Virus record (IMG/VR): IMGVR_UViG_3300042465_007464
Span: 45,601 to 109,600 of that record
From: a virus
Length of the DNA: 64,000 nucleotides
Strand: one strand, 5' to 3'
The position numbers and the translations under genes are program-made. Below the pieces are notes generated by a model that saw only the letters and a list, made by a program, of their open reading frames with translations, had not been told where the DNA came from and did not search any database. Positions 51,205 to 59,753 of this stretch are shown here, in pieces. Positions within the stretch are counted from its first letter, which is position 1. Every line of letters starts with the position of its first letter.

Positions 51205-51993
51205 TTAACTTTGTGCGGTTAATAATCCAAAATACATTTCTTTGCTTAAAGAAACCAATTGGCCACGTGGTTCGACATCATCTGTCAATTCTACAAGCAA
51301 TACATCGCCTTGCCGTTTTAATTCTTTGATAAATGGAATTAAATTTTCATGTATAAAAAAGGTACGTGCAATTGCTTCCAACGGATCATCTTTATATTTG
51401 GAATCAATCCAAAGCCAATGTTCATTTTCCGTTGTAGTGCACCAACATCGAACTGCATATATTGGTTGCGATAATCCTAATTTATCTCCAGATACTTCGT
51501 GGGTTTCGAAAATCACATCGTATTCTTTATATCCTAAAAATTCTCCAGACTTTGAAAATTGTTTATGCCGAACTGGTTGTCCTGCAACTGCAAGTCTCTT
51601 ATGACCCATTTCTTTAATCATTTCAGGAACGCGAATACTTCCAAAAACAAGTGATCTGAAACCTTCATTCTGCAAACGGAATGCTTCTACATAACTATAC
51701 GGCATAGCGTCTACATATAAATTGCTTAGAGTTTTAGTCATCTCGAAGACGCCATTAGCCATTTCATCGTATGCTGCTAATAATTCACTATGAGTTTGAC
51801 CAACCAATTGCGTTATCGGTTTAATGAAATTAGAATGAAAACGTTCTTTGTTAGTATAACGAGTTCGAAGATACCGTATCATTTGATCCATTGTAATTTC
51901 ATTTCGGCTCCGGCCCCACGTACGATCGAAAAACGTTTTCTCGTCTGTGCAATAATATAAATCTGGCAAATTTGAAAAAAGTCTAATTTTCAT
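51205..51993 (-). CDS. DUF6745-like hypothetical protein
   Basis: AVRCWCTTT.NEHWLWI...PLEAIARTF. Confidence 0.5.
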   Translation of the reverse strand: MKIRLFSNLPDLYYCTDEKTFFDRTWGRSRNEITMDQMIRYLRTRYTNKERFHSNFIKPITQLVGQTHSELLAAYDEMANGVFEMTKTLSNLYVDAMPYSYVEAFRLQNEGFRSLVFGSIRVPEMIKEMGHKRLAVAGQPVRHKQFSKSGEFLGYKEYDVIFETHEVSGDKLGLSQPIYAVRCWCTTTENEHWLWIDSKYKDDPLEAIARTFFIHENLIPFIKELKRQGDVLLVELTDDVEPRGQLVSLSKEMYFGLLTAQS

Positions 51994-52004
51994 GTTTAAT
52001 TGGA

Positions 52005-52238
52005 TTAAATATTACAATAAAATTCATAACAACTATCTGCAGGATTTTTACGATCGTAAAAACACCATAGTCCCACCGGGTTTCCATTTTGTAAAGATCC
52101 TTTCCAGGCTACGGAACCGTTATCCCAATAACCTTTAAAGTTTCCTGTTTTTGGAGTACTTGCACGTTTACTAAAACGTCCTGGATGTCCAAATTGCATA
52201 GCTTTTTGTTTCGCTCTCGATATTTCTATATCAGTCAT
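52005..52238 (-). CDS. Small MORN-variant repeat protein
   Basis: GYWDNG..AWKG...NG.PVGLW.FYD; start chosen at GAGATAT-ATG downstream of a TTGACA promoter. Confidence 0.55.
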   Translation of the reverse strand: MTDIEISRAKQKAMQFGHPGRFSKRASTPKTGNFKGYWDNGSVAWKGSLQNGNPVGLWCFYDRKNPADSCYEFYCNI

Positions 52239-52321
52239 ATATCTCATTTTAACTATATAATAAAGATAATGAAAAAAACCGCACGTGTCAAGCATTTTGC
52301 CGAAAAAGTTTGCATAAACAG

Positions 52322-52351
52322 TAAAAAAGTGCTAACAGCGACGTTAGCACT
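52322..52351 (-). terminator. Intrinsic terminator
   Basis: AGTGCTAAC stem plus U-tract on the minus strand. Confidence 0.75.
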
Positions 52352-52397
52352 CTATACGCTTGCCTCTAAACGTATCGCCTAAGGTAGCAGGCTATCT

Positions 52398-52901
52398 TTA
52401 ATATCTTCGAGCTGACTCGTTCAAGTTCTTTTTGAATTTAGCAATCAAATTCAAATCACGTTTAGTTAAACCTTCATTTTGTTTTCTGCTTTTTAATTCG
52501 GCTTGCATTTCTTCTAAATCTTGTTGAAGAAGTTTAATTTCTTTTGCACTTAACTTGCTATCTTTCATTGCAGATTTCAATTGTCCTATGTGCGATGCTA
52601 ATTCGTTGTTTGTAGAATTTTTATAAGCATGTTCGCCTTCAGCCTGCATTTCTTTGTCATGTGCAGCTTTTTTCATAGTTTCTGTTTCATTGCCATCGCC
52701 ATCTAAGTCGATATAATCTGGTTTAGCCGTTTCATCCATTTCAGTCTCATCATCAGACAATCCTGGCATATTTAATTCTGCTTGTTCTGCTACATTGGCT
52801 GCGTGTGTAGCTATCGCATCCTTAAGGGTAGGCAAAGACCCATCTGCGTTACGTTCCCACGCATATCCCTCTAAAAGTGATTTCAATTTAAGTTTTGACA
52901 T
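52398..52901 (-). CDS. Head-associated protein with EF-hand-like DxDGDG motif
   Basis: Likely start MSKLKLKSLLE; KPDYIDLDGDGNETE. Confidence 0.6.
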   Translation of the reverse strand: MSKLKLKSLLEGYAWERNADGSLPTLKDAIATHAANVAEQAELNMPGLSDDETEMDETAKPDYIDLDGDGNETETMKKAAHDKEMQAEGEHAYKNSTNNELASHIGQLKSAMKDSKLSAKEIKLLQQDLEEMQAELKSRKQNEGLTKRDLNLIAKFKKNLNESARRY

Positions 52902-52917
52902 TGTTATTGTTTCTATA

Positions 52918-53292
52918 TTAAAAATATCCTGTTGTAGGTTTAAAATTATTTGTAGTTTTTTGTAAACCATTAATCAATTGCTGCGTATATTTTTCTGCAT
53001 ATTTAAGACGTTTGCCTATATATTCAGCTCCGGGTATTGGTTTATTTTCTTTAATCGATTTGACAAATGTTTGTAACATGTTAATATCTGAATTTTCTTC
53101 ATTGCTAACTCCATTCATTTTATTAACTAGCATTTCAGCTTTACTAACATTAGCTTTAACCAACGTTATTACCAAATTGTATAGTTCGGAATTAGACATT
53201 TGTGATACCGGTTTAACTTGCTCTGCTAAATTCTTTGTACGGAATCTACGCATATTTTCCGCTAAAAAGTTTTTATCATTTTTATTTGTCAC
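52918..53292 (-). CDS. Hypothetical protein with LAENMRRF leader (GTG start)
   Basis: GGAG upstream; leader resembles 42630 and 43790. Confidence 0.6.
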   Translation of the reverse strand: MTNKNDKNFLAENMRRFRTKNLAEQVKPVSQMSNSELYNLVITLVKANVSKAEMLVNKMNGVSNEENSDINMLQTFVKSIKENKPIPGAEYIGKRLKYAEKYTQQLINGLQKTTNNFKPTTGYF

Positions 53293-53371
53293 GTTTTCTC
53301 CGATTTTAATATAAATATAAGATGAATGAAAAGAAAAAATTTTTTAGTACGTTAGTACGGCTTAGTATATA

Positions 53372-53480
53372 GTGCGCCCTTCCAGGAGCGCACAGGTTAT
53401 CCCTTCCAGGAGCGCACGGGTTATCTTCCAGCATCGCACCGATTCGTTTCCAGCATCGCACAGGCTCGTTTCCAGGCGTA
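53372..53480. repeat. GC-rich degenerate tandem repeat (5 TTCCAG cores, 22-24 nt period)
   Basis: cccttccaggagcgcacRggttat x2, ttccagcatcgcac x2, ttccagg. Confidence 0.8.
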
Positions 53481-53999
53481 TTACTCGATACCCGTTGCGT
53501 CTGCATCTTGTTTGCGTACTATCCATAATTTGCCACCAATCTCACGTGTTACATATCCCAATGAAATTAGTTTTGTCGCATTAGCCGCCAACAAGGCTTT
53601 ATATATGCGAGTCTTTTGCTGGTCTTTTTCTGCAGATGCAGTGTCAGCTCCAGTTACATCTACAGCTTCAGGTTGATGTTGTGCCAGAAAATCGCTTATA
53701 GCTTCTGCCGCAGTACTCATGAGACGTAGATAATTAACATGTCCCACTGCTGCTGAACGTGCGTGATTAACTGTCCAATTCAAATCTGCAGCGTGACGCG
53801 TATCTGGCGTTTGTGTTAAAATACCAAAACCCCATTCTCTGCGTTGTAAAAGTGTGAACACAAACAAGATGCGTTGACCATTCACTTCAATTTCAGTTTC
53901 ATAGCCATTCATATCGTTATCTTGCCATGTGAATTGGGTCGCGTAGGGCGTTACGCTCCCCAAAGTGATTTCTGTTAAAAGTTGTTTTAATCGTATCAT
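53481..53999 (-). CDS. Hypothetical protein with MIRLKQLLTE leader
   Basis: 172-aa ORF. Confidence 0.65.
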   Translation of the reverse strand: MIRLKQLLTEITLGSVTPYATQFTWQDNDMNGYETEIEVNGQRILFVFTLLQRREWGFGILTQTPDTRHAADLNWTVNHARSAAVGHVNYLRLMSTAAEAISDFLAQHQPEAVDVTGADTASAEKDQQKTRIYKALLAANATKLISLGYVTREIGGKLWIVRKQDADATGIE

Positions 54000-54484
54000 A
54001 GCATACCTGTTGGTGCTGGTGCGTAACGTGAAGCCGCAGGATTAAGATGTTTTATTGAATTCCATAAGCTATCCCAAGACAAACCTGCTTCTGCAGATAT
54101 GTCTACAAGCAAATCTGTTTTATATGTATGTTTATACGTTGCAATAACATTGCTTAATTCTTGCAAAGTTTTAATGCTTTTTAAAACATTGAGTACTTGT
54201 GAGTTTCCGCCTATACCCGTAACCAATTGATTTAATTGTTGTGCTTTGCGTCGCGAAGTTGTATCTCCCGTAGTCTTGATGCGTTTAGCTTGTTGATAAG
54301 TTTGTGTGAAACGTTGTTGTGGAGTAGTTTGTTTTGGCATAGTCGCCCCAAAATCTGTTGGTGCATCCGCTTCTACCCCGGGAGTTTTACCCGCAGGTGT
54401 ACCCGAAGCCTTGCTTAGATTGAATGCATTGTTACTACTCAATGCAAATCCTAGTTGTTCTATTAACGTCTTAAGGCGTATCAT
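53996..54484 (-). CDS. Protein with MIRLKTLIE leader and annexin-repeat-like C-terminus
   Basis: GIG...VLNVL....L..V.ATYKHTYKTDLLVDISAE. Confidence 0.55.
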   Translation of the reverse strand: MIRLKTLIEQLGFALSSNNAFNLSKASGTPAGKTPGVEADAPTDFGATMPKQTTPQQRFTQTYQQAKRIKTTGDTTSRRKAQQLNQLVTGIGGNSQVLNVLKSIKTLQELSNVIATYKHTYKTDLLVDISAEAGLSWDSLWNSIKHLNPAASRYAPAPTGML

Positions 54485-54524
54485 GGAATCCTTTTTTATA
54501 ATAAATATGCCATGCCAGTATAGT

Positions 54525-54836
54525 GCCTAAGACTTCTAGGGTGACAGGGGTTACTAGGGTGGCTAGGGTGACAGGAGCGCTCCTAGGACTTCTAGGGTGG
54601 TACAGAGTGGGTATGGCTCAGCCATATACAATATAGAAGCAAGGTTGTCCCAAAAAAATCTCCCCGTGCAAGGAAAACATATATAACCACTCCATCCAGA
54701 CCAGGGGGTCTACACCCCCTTAACGAAACCCTCCCCCACCCCCTGGTTTTGGGGGGGCTAACGGGGGTCAAAGCAAGGGGGGTCACCCATGAAACGAGGG
54801 GGGCATTTACACCCCCCATCACTACCCCTTAGGGCT
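54525..54836. other. GC-rich non-coding region with CTAGGGTG repeats and G/C homopolymer tracts
   Basis: ctagggtg x4; G5-G7 runs at 54751-54803; C5-C6 runs. Confidence 0.7.
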
Positions 54837-54850
54837 TATGCTTGATAATG

Positions 54851-55069
54851 CTATGCGGTCTCCACTGTCTCTAACAGGTCCTTAACGGATTGCAATGCTA
54901 CCTTCGCACCATACTGGATAGCCATTTGCATTAGGATGATGTCCATGCTGCCTTGGTTTGCTAGGGCAAATGCTTGCAATGCCTCTAGGCTCTCTGGTGT
55001 TGCTACGAAGCCTCTGTCTAGGCCTTTCAACTCTGCTGCTACAAATTCTTTTACGTCTACTGCTTTCAT
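54851..55069 (-). CDS. Early hypothetical protein
   Basis: Own promoter and AAGAGAGA start motif. Confidence 0.65.
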   Translation of the reverse strand: MKAVDVKEFVAAELKGLDRGFVATPESLEALQAFALANQGSMDIILMQMAIQYGAKVALQSVKDLLETVETA

Positions 55070-55135
55070 TGTCTCTCTTTTTAATTTATATAAATATAAT
55101 GAATTAATCGGTGCGTGTCAAGCCCTTTGTGTATA

Positions 55136-55369
55136 TTATGCTTCTTGATTGATTTGTTGAAGTACTTCGGCTGCTTCTACATTATCCGGAAGCGTGTTGT
55201 CCATACCAATTTTCAATTCATGCATCAACTCATATACTGCTGAATAAGATGCGCGACAACTCTTAGTGAATGCGTGGTCTGCGCCGAAGTCGCGAGTTGC
55301 CTCTTTTAATGTTAACCATAACCGCGCCTCTTGTTTTTGGATCCCTTGGATCATTGCTGCTTTTGTCAT
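55136..55369 (-). CDS. Early hypothetical protein
   Basis: 77 aa; AAGAGAGAT-ATG. Confidence 0.65.
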   Translation of the reverse strand: MTKAAMIQGIQKQEARLWLTLKEATRDFGADHAFTKSCRASYSAVYELMHELKIGMDNTLPDNVEAAEVLQQINQEA

Positions 55370-55392
55370 ATCTCTCTTTTTATATTAGGTTA

Positions 55393-55524
55393 TTACTTAC
55401 TCTTAATAATTGCATCTAATTGTTGTTTCAATTGGTCGATGTCTTTCTTAGTTAATTTAGTGATTTTCAGGTTAGCTGCTGCTGCTTTGAAATCGAAAAA
55501 AGCTTTTGGATCAATTTGTTTCAT
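55393..55524 (-). CDS. Early small protein (43 aa)
   Basis: Manual translation MKQIDPKAFFDFKAAAANLKITKL...; AAGAGAGAAC-ATG. Confidence 0.6.
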   Translation of the reverse strand: MKQIDPKAFFDFKAAAANLKITKLTKKDIDQLKQQLDAIIKSK

Positions 55525-55644
55525 GTTCTCTCTTTTTTTAAATTAATGCTTAGGGCCTTTCCCTAATTGCTATACATAAAGATAAGAATAATCGCAATAC
55601 AAACCTAATCTTTTTGCAACTTTTTTTAACTTTTTTTACAGTAG

Positions 55645-55670
55645 AAAACCGACACCATCGCTGATGCCGG
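55645..55670 (-). terminator. GNRA-loop terminator after the AAA gene
   Basis: CCGGCAUCA-GCGA-UGGUGUCGG-UUUU. Confidence 0.75.
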
Positions 55671-55695
55671 ATCCTTATTTGAGAGATATGTTCGC

Positions 55696-56646
55696 TTATT
55701 CTGCGGCGATGATTTGTTCTGCTACCATCTCCTCTACATTGTCAAAGCCCATTGCACATATTCTTGCCGCTTTGATGAAGCTTCTAAGGTTGATGTCAAC
55801 TCCTCCAAACTTAGCATCCAAGCTTTTCATTACATCCAATGCTTGACGCTTAGCCGCTACCGGTATGGTTGGCTCCATAGACTCAAGCAATTGCTCCATG
55901 CGTTGGAACATTTGCGTGGTGTTCATTGTTATGTCTGCTACAAAGCTACGGCTTCGGATTGCTGCATCCAATTTGCTTTGGCTGATGTTGCTGACAAAGA
56001 TTATTTTGCCGGTAAACTCAAAGTGTGCTGGGATCGGTTCACCAAACTCATCTTTAAGGGGCTTGGTAGAGATATAAGATATCTTGCGAGTGTCATAGCT
56101 ATCCAAAGCCGCTTTGAGGATGTTAACCGCATCGTCGTCTTTGAATACAGAGTCACAGTCATCCAACACTACTATCTTGTCGGAGTTTTGGTACAAGGTA
56201 ATAAACAAGCCGGCTGCGGTAGCTTTGCCTTTGAAGTGCTCAAACTCGTAAGACTCTCGCAATCCCATCGCCTTAAGTGTCTCCTTAACCAAGTGCGTCT
56301 TACCTACACCTGCCATACCCGTGATAACCAAAGAGGGTTGGATCCCACGTCCTACCATCTTAGTAAGGCGCTCCAAGTTACCAAACATTACTTGTGGATC
56401 TCTGCTATCCAATACGGAAAGGAAAGACATTTTGCTTGGAGCTGCCGGTGCCATTGTTACACCTGCTTGGTCCGCTGCTACTCGCGTTACTCGGCCGTTG
56501 CCATTAACCATTAGCACTTCGCGGTTCTTCTCTGCGTTCAATAGCTGAACGTGACGGATTAGATCCTTTGTTGCAAACTCTCCGGTTTTGATGTTCTTCG
56601 CCATCAATTTTCCTTTTACTCTTACTGGTTCAAATACATTTAACAT
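55696..56646 (-). CDS. AAA+ family ATPase
   Basis: GMAGVGKT Walker A; VVLDDCD Walker B; NILKAALD; AIRSRS. Confidence 0.85.
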   Translation of the reverse strand: MLNVFEPVRVKGKLMAKNIKTGEFATKDLIRHVQLLNAEKNREVLMVNGNGRVTRVAADQAGVTMAPAAPSKMSFLSVLDSRDPQVMFGNLERLTKMVGRGIQPSLVITGMAGVGKTHLVKETLKAMGLRESYEFEHFKGKATAAGLFITLYQNSDKIVVLDDCDSVFKDDDAVNILKAALDSYDTRKISYISTKPLKDEFGEPIPAHFEFTGKIIFVSNISQSKLDAAIRSRSFVADITMNTTQMFQRMEQLLESMEPTIPVAAKRQALDVMKSLDAKFGGVDINLRSFIKAARICAMGFDNVEEMVAEQIIAAE

Positions 56647-56719
56647 ATCTCTTATTTTTTAATTATAATATAAATTTAATGAAATTATCCGTGCGTGTCA
56701 AGCCCTTTGGCAACTTTTT

Positions 56720-56848
56720 TTAAACTTTTTTCATGTCGTGGAAAACTAGGATTCCTGCTGGGATCAACCCTAATAGACCTAAGTCATTACCAAATGCTAC
56801 TAGTACCAATCCGATCCCTAATGCTAATGCTGTCAATGTTGTTCTCAT
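56720..56848 (-). CDS. Early small membrane peptide (42 aa)
   Basis: Manual translation MRTTLTALALGIGLVLVAFGNDLGLLGLIPAGILVFHDMKKV; own promoter. Confidence 0.6.
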   Translation of the reverse strand: MRTTLTALALGIGLVLVAFGNDLGLLGLIPAGILVFHDMKKV

Positions 56849-56930
56849 ATATCTCTCTTTTTAATTTATATAAAGATAAGGATATTATCCGTGCGTGTCA
56901 AGCTTTTTTGAAACTTTGTTTAAACTTTTT

Positions 56931-57095
56931 TTATCCGAAGAATCCACCCGCAGTCAGGATCCAAATTAAGATTGCAGTGTCAATTAAACCCATAAACAAG
57001 TTATGTCGTCCCTCGCGAGGCTTACCGTGCAAGAAGGATACTAACAACAATTGGATCCCTAATAAGGTTAATAAGATAATTTGTGGTGTTCCCAT
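56931..57095 (-). CDS. Early small membrane protein
   Basis: Start MGTPQIILL at AAAGAGAT-ATG; two hydrophobic helices. Confidence 0.6.
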   Translation of the reverse strand: MGTPQIILLTLLGIQLLLVSFLHGKPREGRHNLFMGLIDTAILIWILTAGGFFG

Positions 57096-57174
57096 ATCTC
57101 TTTGTTTTAGATTGTTTCTCACGTCCGCATGGGCCAACATTTCTGCTGGCCCGGGACTATGTTGAGAGATATGT

Positions 57175-57549
57175 TTACTCTGTTAATGTTGCCTCATATT
57201 GTTCATCGCTGTCATCAACAATTTCAAAGCATCTGTCTAAGGCATTTTGGATGGCATCAAAGATGTTGTCACTCTCGACGTCGACATTTACCAACCTTAC
57301 TGTGTTGTGATAATCCATTTCAAACTCAGCTGATGACAAAGCAACAACGTCATCATTGTCCATGTTATTGATTGCGGATTCAATCACATCACCGATTGCA
57401 TCAAACATTGATTGCGTCATGCGCAACTCTGTCTTTGTCACTACCTCAGGATCCAAGCCTTGGATAAGTGCAATCACATTGTCAATTGATACTACTGAAG
57501 TCAACGCCTTTGCTGCTTCTAACTGTGCTACTAATTCTTCTTTTCTCAT
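57175..57549 (-). CDS. Early acidic hypothetical protein
   Basis: 124 aa; own promoter. Confidence 0.65.
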   Translation of the reverse strand: MRKEELVAQLEAAKALTSVVSIDNVIALIQGLDPEVVTKTELRMTQSMFDAIGDVIESAINNMDNDDVVALSSAEFEMDYHNTVRLVNVDVESDNIFDAIQNALDRCFEIVDDSDEQYEATLTE

Positions 57550-57633
57550 CTCTCTTATTTTTTAATTATAATATAAATTTAATGAATTAATCGGTGCGTG
57601 TCAACCGTTTTGACAACTTTTTTTAAACTTTTT

Positions 57634-57840
57634 TTACAGGCCGGAAAACTCCCCATCAACAAACAATAATGCTTCTCCGGAGCCTAATCCATCCACGCAT
57701 ACATTAAAGTATCCGTCATTGGCATCCATAATGTTGTCCTGGTCTAGGATCTCGGTAGCTACTCGTTTGCTGTCCATCAACTTCATGAAGTCTGATGCGT
57801 TGAGGCTACTTGCTGCTTTGATAATTTGATTTCGTGTCAT
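57634..57840 (-). CDS. Early hypothetical protein
   Basis: 68 aa; own promoter. Confidence 0.6.
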   Translation of the reverse strand: MTRNQIIKAASSLNASDFMKLMDSKRVATEILDQDNIMDANDGYFNVCVDGLGSGEALLFVDGEFSGL

Positions 57841-57924
57841 ATCTCTTATTTTTTAATTATAATATAAATTTAATGAATTAAATGATGCGTGTCAAGCTTT
57901 TTTGAAACTTTTTTGAAACTTTTT

Positions 57925-58011
57925 TTAATTAAACAATTCAACATAAATTATTGCGTCAATCGCCAAAGTTGCTTGGCATACAATCATCTGGATTTTTTTT
58001 ATCTCTTTCAT
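57925..58011 (-). CDS. Early micro-peptide (28 aa)
   Basis: MKEIKKIQMIVCQATLAIDAIIYVELFN; own promoter and AAGAGAT-ATG. Confidence 0.45.
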   Translation of the reverse strand: MKEIKKIQMIVCQATLAIDAIIYVELFN

Positions 58012-58089
58012 ATCTCTTAATTTTATAATATAAAGATAAGCAAAATAACCATGCGTGTCAACCGTTTCGGCAACTTTGTTTGAAAAAAG

Positions 58090-58830
58090 TTACAGGTACT
58101 GAGCCAATAACTCAATACCCGGTAAACTTGCCAATGCCGTCTCTGCCTGTCGAACTAATTGTCTTGCACGTTCATTCGTCACATTCATCTCCTCAGCAAT
58201 TTGATCCATGCATTGTGCATACTCTCGTCCGATCCCGTAGAATCTCTCCAATGCTTCGCGTTGCTTTGGTTTAAGCATACTCATAGCACGTTGCAAATCG
58301 AATTGCATATCTTGCACGTCACGGCGTGATACGGTGCTATCCGCAGCCAAGTAACGATCCGCATAGGTTTCTTTGTTCTCGTCGTCACCTACCGGAGTGG
58401 ATATGCTTTTGGTGCTATACTCCTCAGTAGCCGTACGGTGGCTTGGGATCCTTACTGTGCGGGACATATCATTCAATGCCTTTTGCAACTCGGCACGGAT
58501 ATACCATACCGCAAAGGTAATGAACTTAACGCCTTTGGTTGGATCGTAACGTTCAGCGGCTTCAAACAAACCTACATTACCAAACCCAATGAGATCCTCC
58601 AATTCCAAACCCATTCCCTGATACTGTCGTGCTACTTGGATAACGAATCGCAAATTGCTTTCCACCAACTCATTGATTGCACGTCGGTCTCCTTGCTGTG
58701 CGCGTTCTCCTAATACGATCTCTTGTTCTCGAGTCAATGTGCCTGCCTTGCGCACTTCTTGCATGTATCTTACTGTAGACTCTGCTGTGGCTACTACTGC
58801 GCCGGTTGTGATGAATTTTCTTTTTGACAT
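58090..58830 (-). CDS. RNA polymerase sigma70-family factor (RpoD/RpoS-like)
   Basis: NLRFVIQVARQY, EDLIGFGNVGLFEAAERYDP..G.KFITFAVWYIR, region 4 ERARQL. Confidence 0.92.
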   Translation of the reverse strand: MSKRKFITTGAVVATAESTVRYMQEVRKAGTLTREQEIVLGERAQQGDRRAINELVESNLRFVIQVARQYQGMGLELEDLIGFGNVGLFEAAERYDPTKGVKFITFAVWYIRAELQKALNDMSRTVRIPSHRTATEEYSTKSISTPVGDDENKETYADRYLAADSTVSRRDVQDMQFDLQRAMSMLKPKQREALERFYGIGREYAQCMDQIAEEMNVTNERARQLVRQAETALASLPGIELLAQYL

Positions 58831-58872
58831 ATAACTCTTTTTTAATTAATAAAACGTAACCAATGCAACCGA

Positions 58873-59070
58873 CTACTTGCCGGTTGCTAAGAATTTAAAA
58901 CTTACTCTTACTGGAGCGGTTTGCTTTGCGACATACTCTGCCTTTCTTTTACCCAACTCAATTGCTTGTGCTACGGTTGTGGTATTACCTCCGGTTCTTG
59001 CGTCTTTAGACATTTGTGCCATTACCGCTCCTTGTCTTTCAAATCCTGAATTTCTTTTTCCTTTTGCCAT
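58873..59070 (-). CDS. Early small basic protein
   Basis: 65 aa; own promoter. Confidence 0.6.
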   Translation of the reverse strand: MAKGKRNSGFERQGAVMAQMSKDARTGGNTTTVAQAIELGKRKAEYVAKQTAPVRVSFKFLATGK

Positions 59071-59169
59071 ATCTCTTATCTTTTTAATTATAATATAAAT
59101 TTAATGAATTAAACCATGCGTGTCAAGCATTTTTGAAACTTTTTTACAACGGATCCAATACTATTGGGT

Positions 59170-59391
59170 TCACATTTCTAATGAGTCAATCACTTGGTTC
59201 CATGCATCGGTTTGCTTTGCTTCTCCCTCTGCATTTAGAATGAATCGAAAATTAAAATCTGCATTAGGATTGATTACATAATGTTTGCCATTGTCAGCTT
59301 GAATTAAAAGCATTTCATGATTATACATTTCAGTAACGGTACCAAATAGAACTTCGTTAACATTTAATAAATTTGTGAATTTTACTCTCAT
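59170..59391 (-). CDS. Early hypothetical protein
   Basis: 73 aa; own promoter. Confidence 0.6.
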   Translation of the reverse strand: MRVKFTNLLNVNEVLFGTVTEMYNHEMLLIQADNGKHYVINPNADFNFRFILNAEGEAKQTDAWNQVIDSLEM

Positions 59392-59474
59392 ATCTCTCTT
59401 TTTAAATTAATACTTAAATATAATAAAAAAAGGGATGCGTGTCAAGCATCCCGGTAACTTTTTTCAAACTTTTT

Positions 59475-59732
59475 TTAATAATGCGGATTAACAAAGTCGA
59501 TCCCAATAGCTTTGTAATACACAGCCAATCCTTCAACCAACCTTTCTTCCAAGCCATGCTCAAGATGTTTTTCAATTTCAGCCACCATTACCTCATTGTC
59601 ATCGCAAACCTCTTCTGCAACATGGATCCCTTCGAATTCCAATTCACCATTCTCACCACCCGAGTAGTTCACTTCCAATTCAACCATCATTCCATTCAAT
59701 TGAACTGTCAATCCATAAATTACACCTTCCAT
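59475..59732 (-). CDS. Early acidic hypothetical protein
   Basis: 85 aa. Confidence 0.6.
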   Translation of the reverse strand: MEGVIYGLTVQLNGMMVELEVNYSGGENGELEFEGIHVAEEVCDDNEVMVAEIEKHLEHGLEERLVEGLAVYYKAIGIDFVNPHY

Positions 59733-59753
59733 ATATTTGTTTTTAATTTGTTA

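Noticed and set aside
53372-53480. Mini CRISPR array
   Set aside because: Units are 22-24 nt in total with no unique spacer-length sequence, and no cas genes are present in the window
54592-54822. 76-aa ORF in the G-rich island
   Set aside because: Low-complexity product of homopolymer tracts, with no initiation signature
55714-56514. 266-aa + strand ORF
   Set aside because: Antisense shadow of the AAA ATPase, with no motifs or promoter
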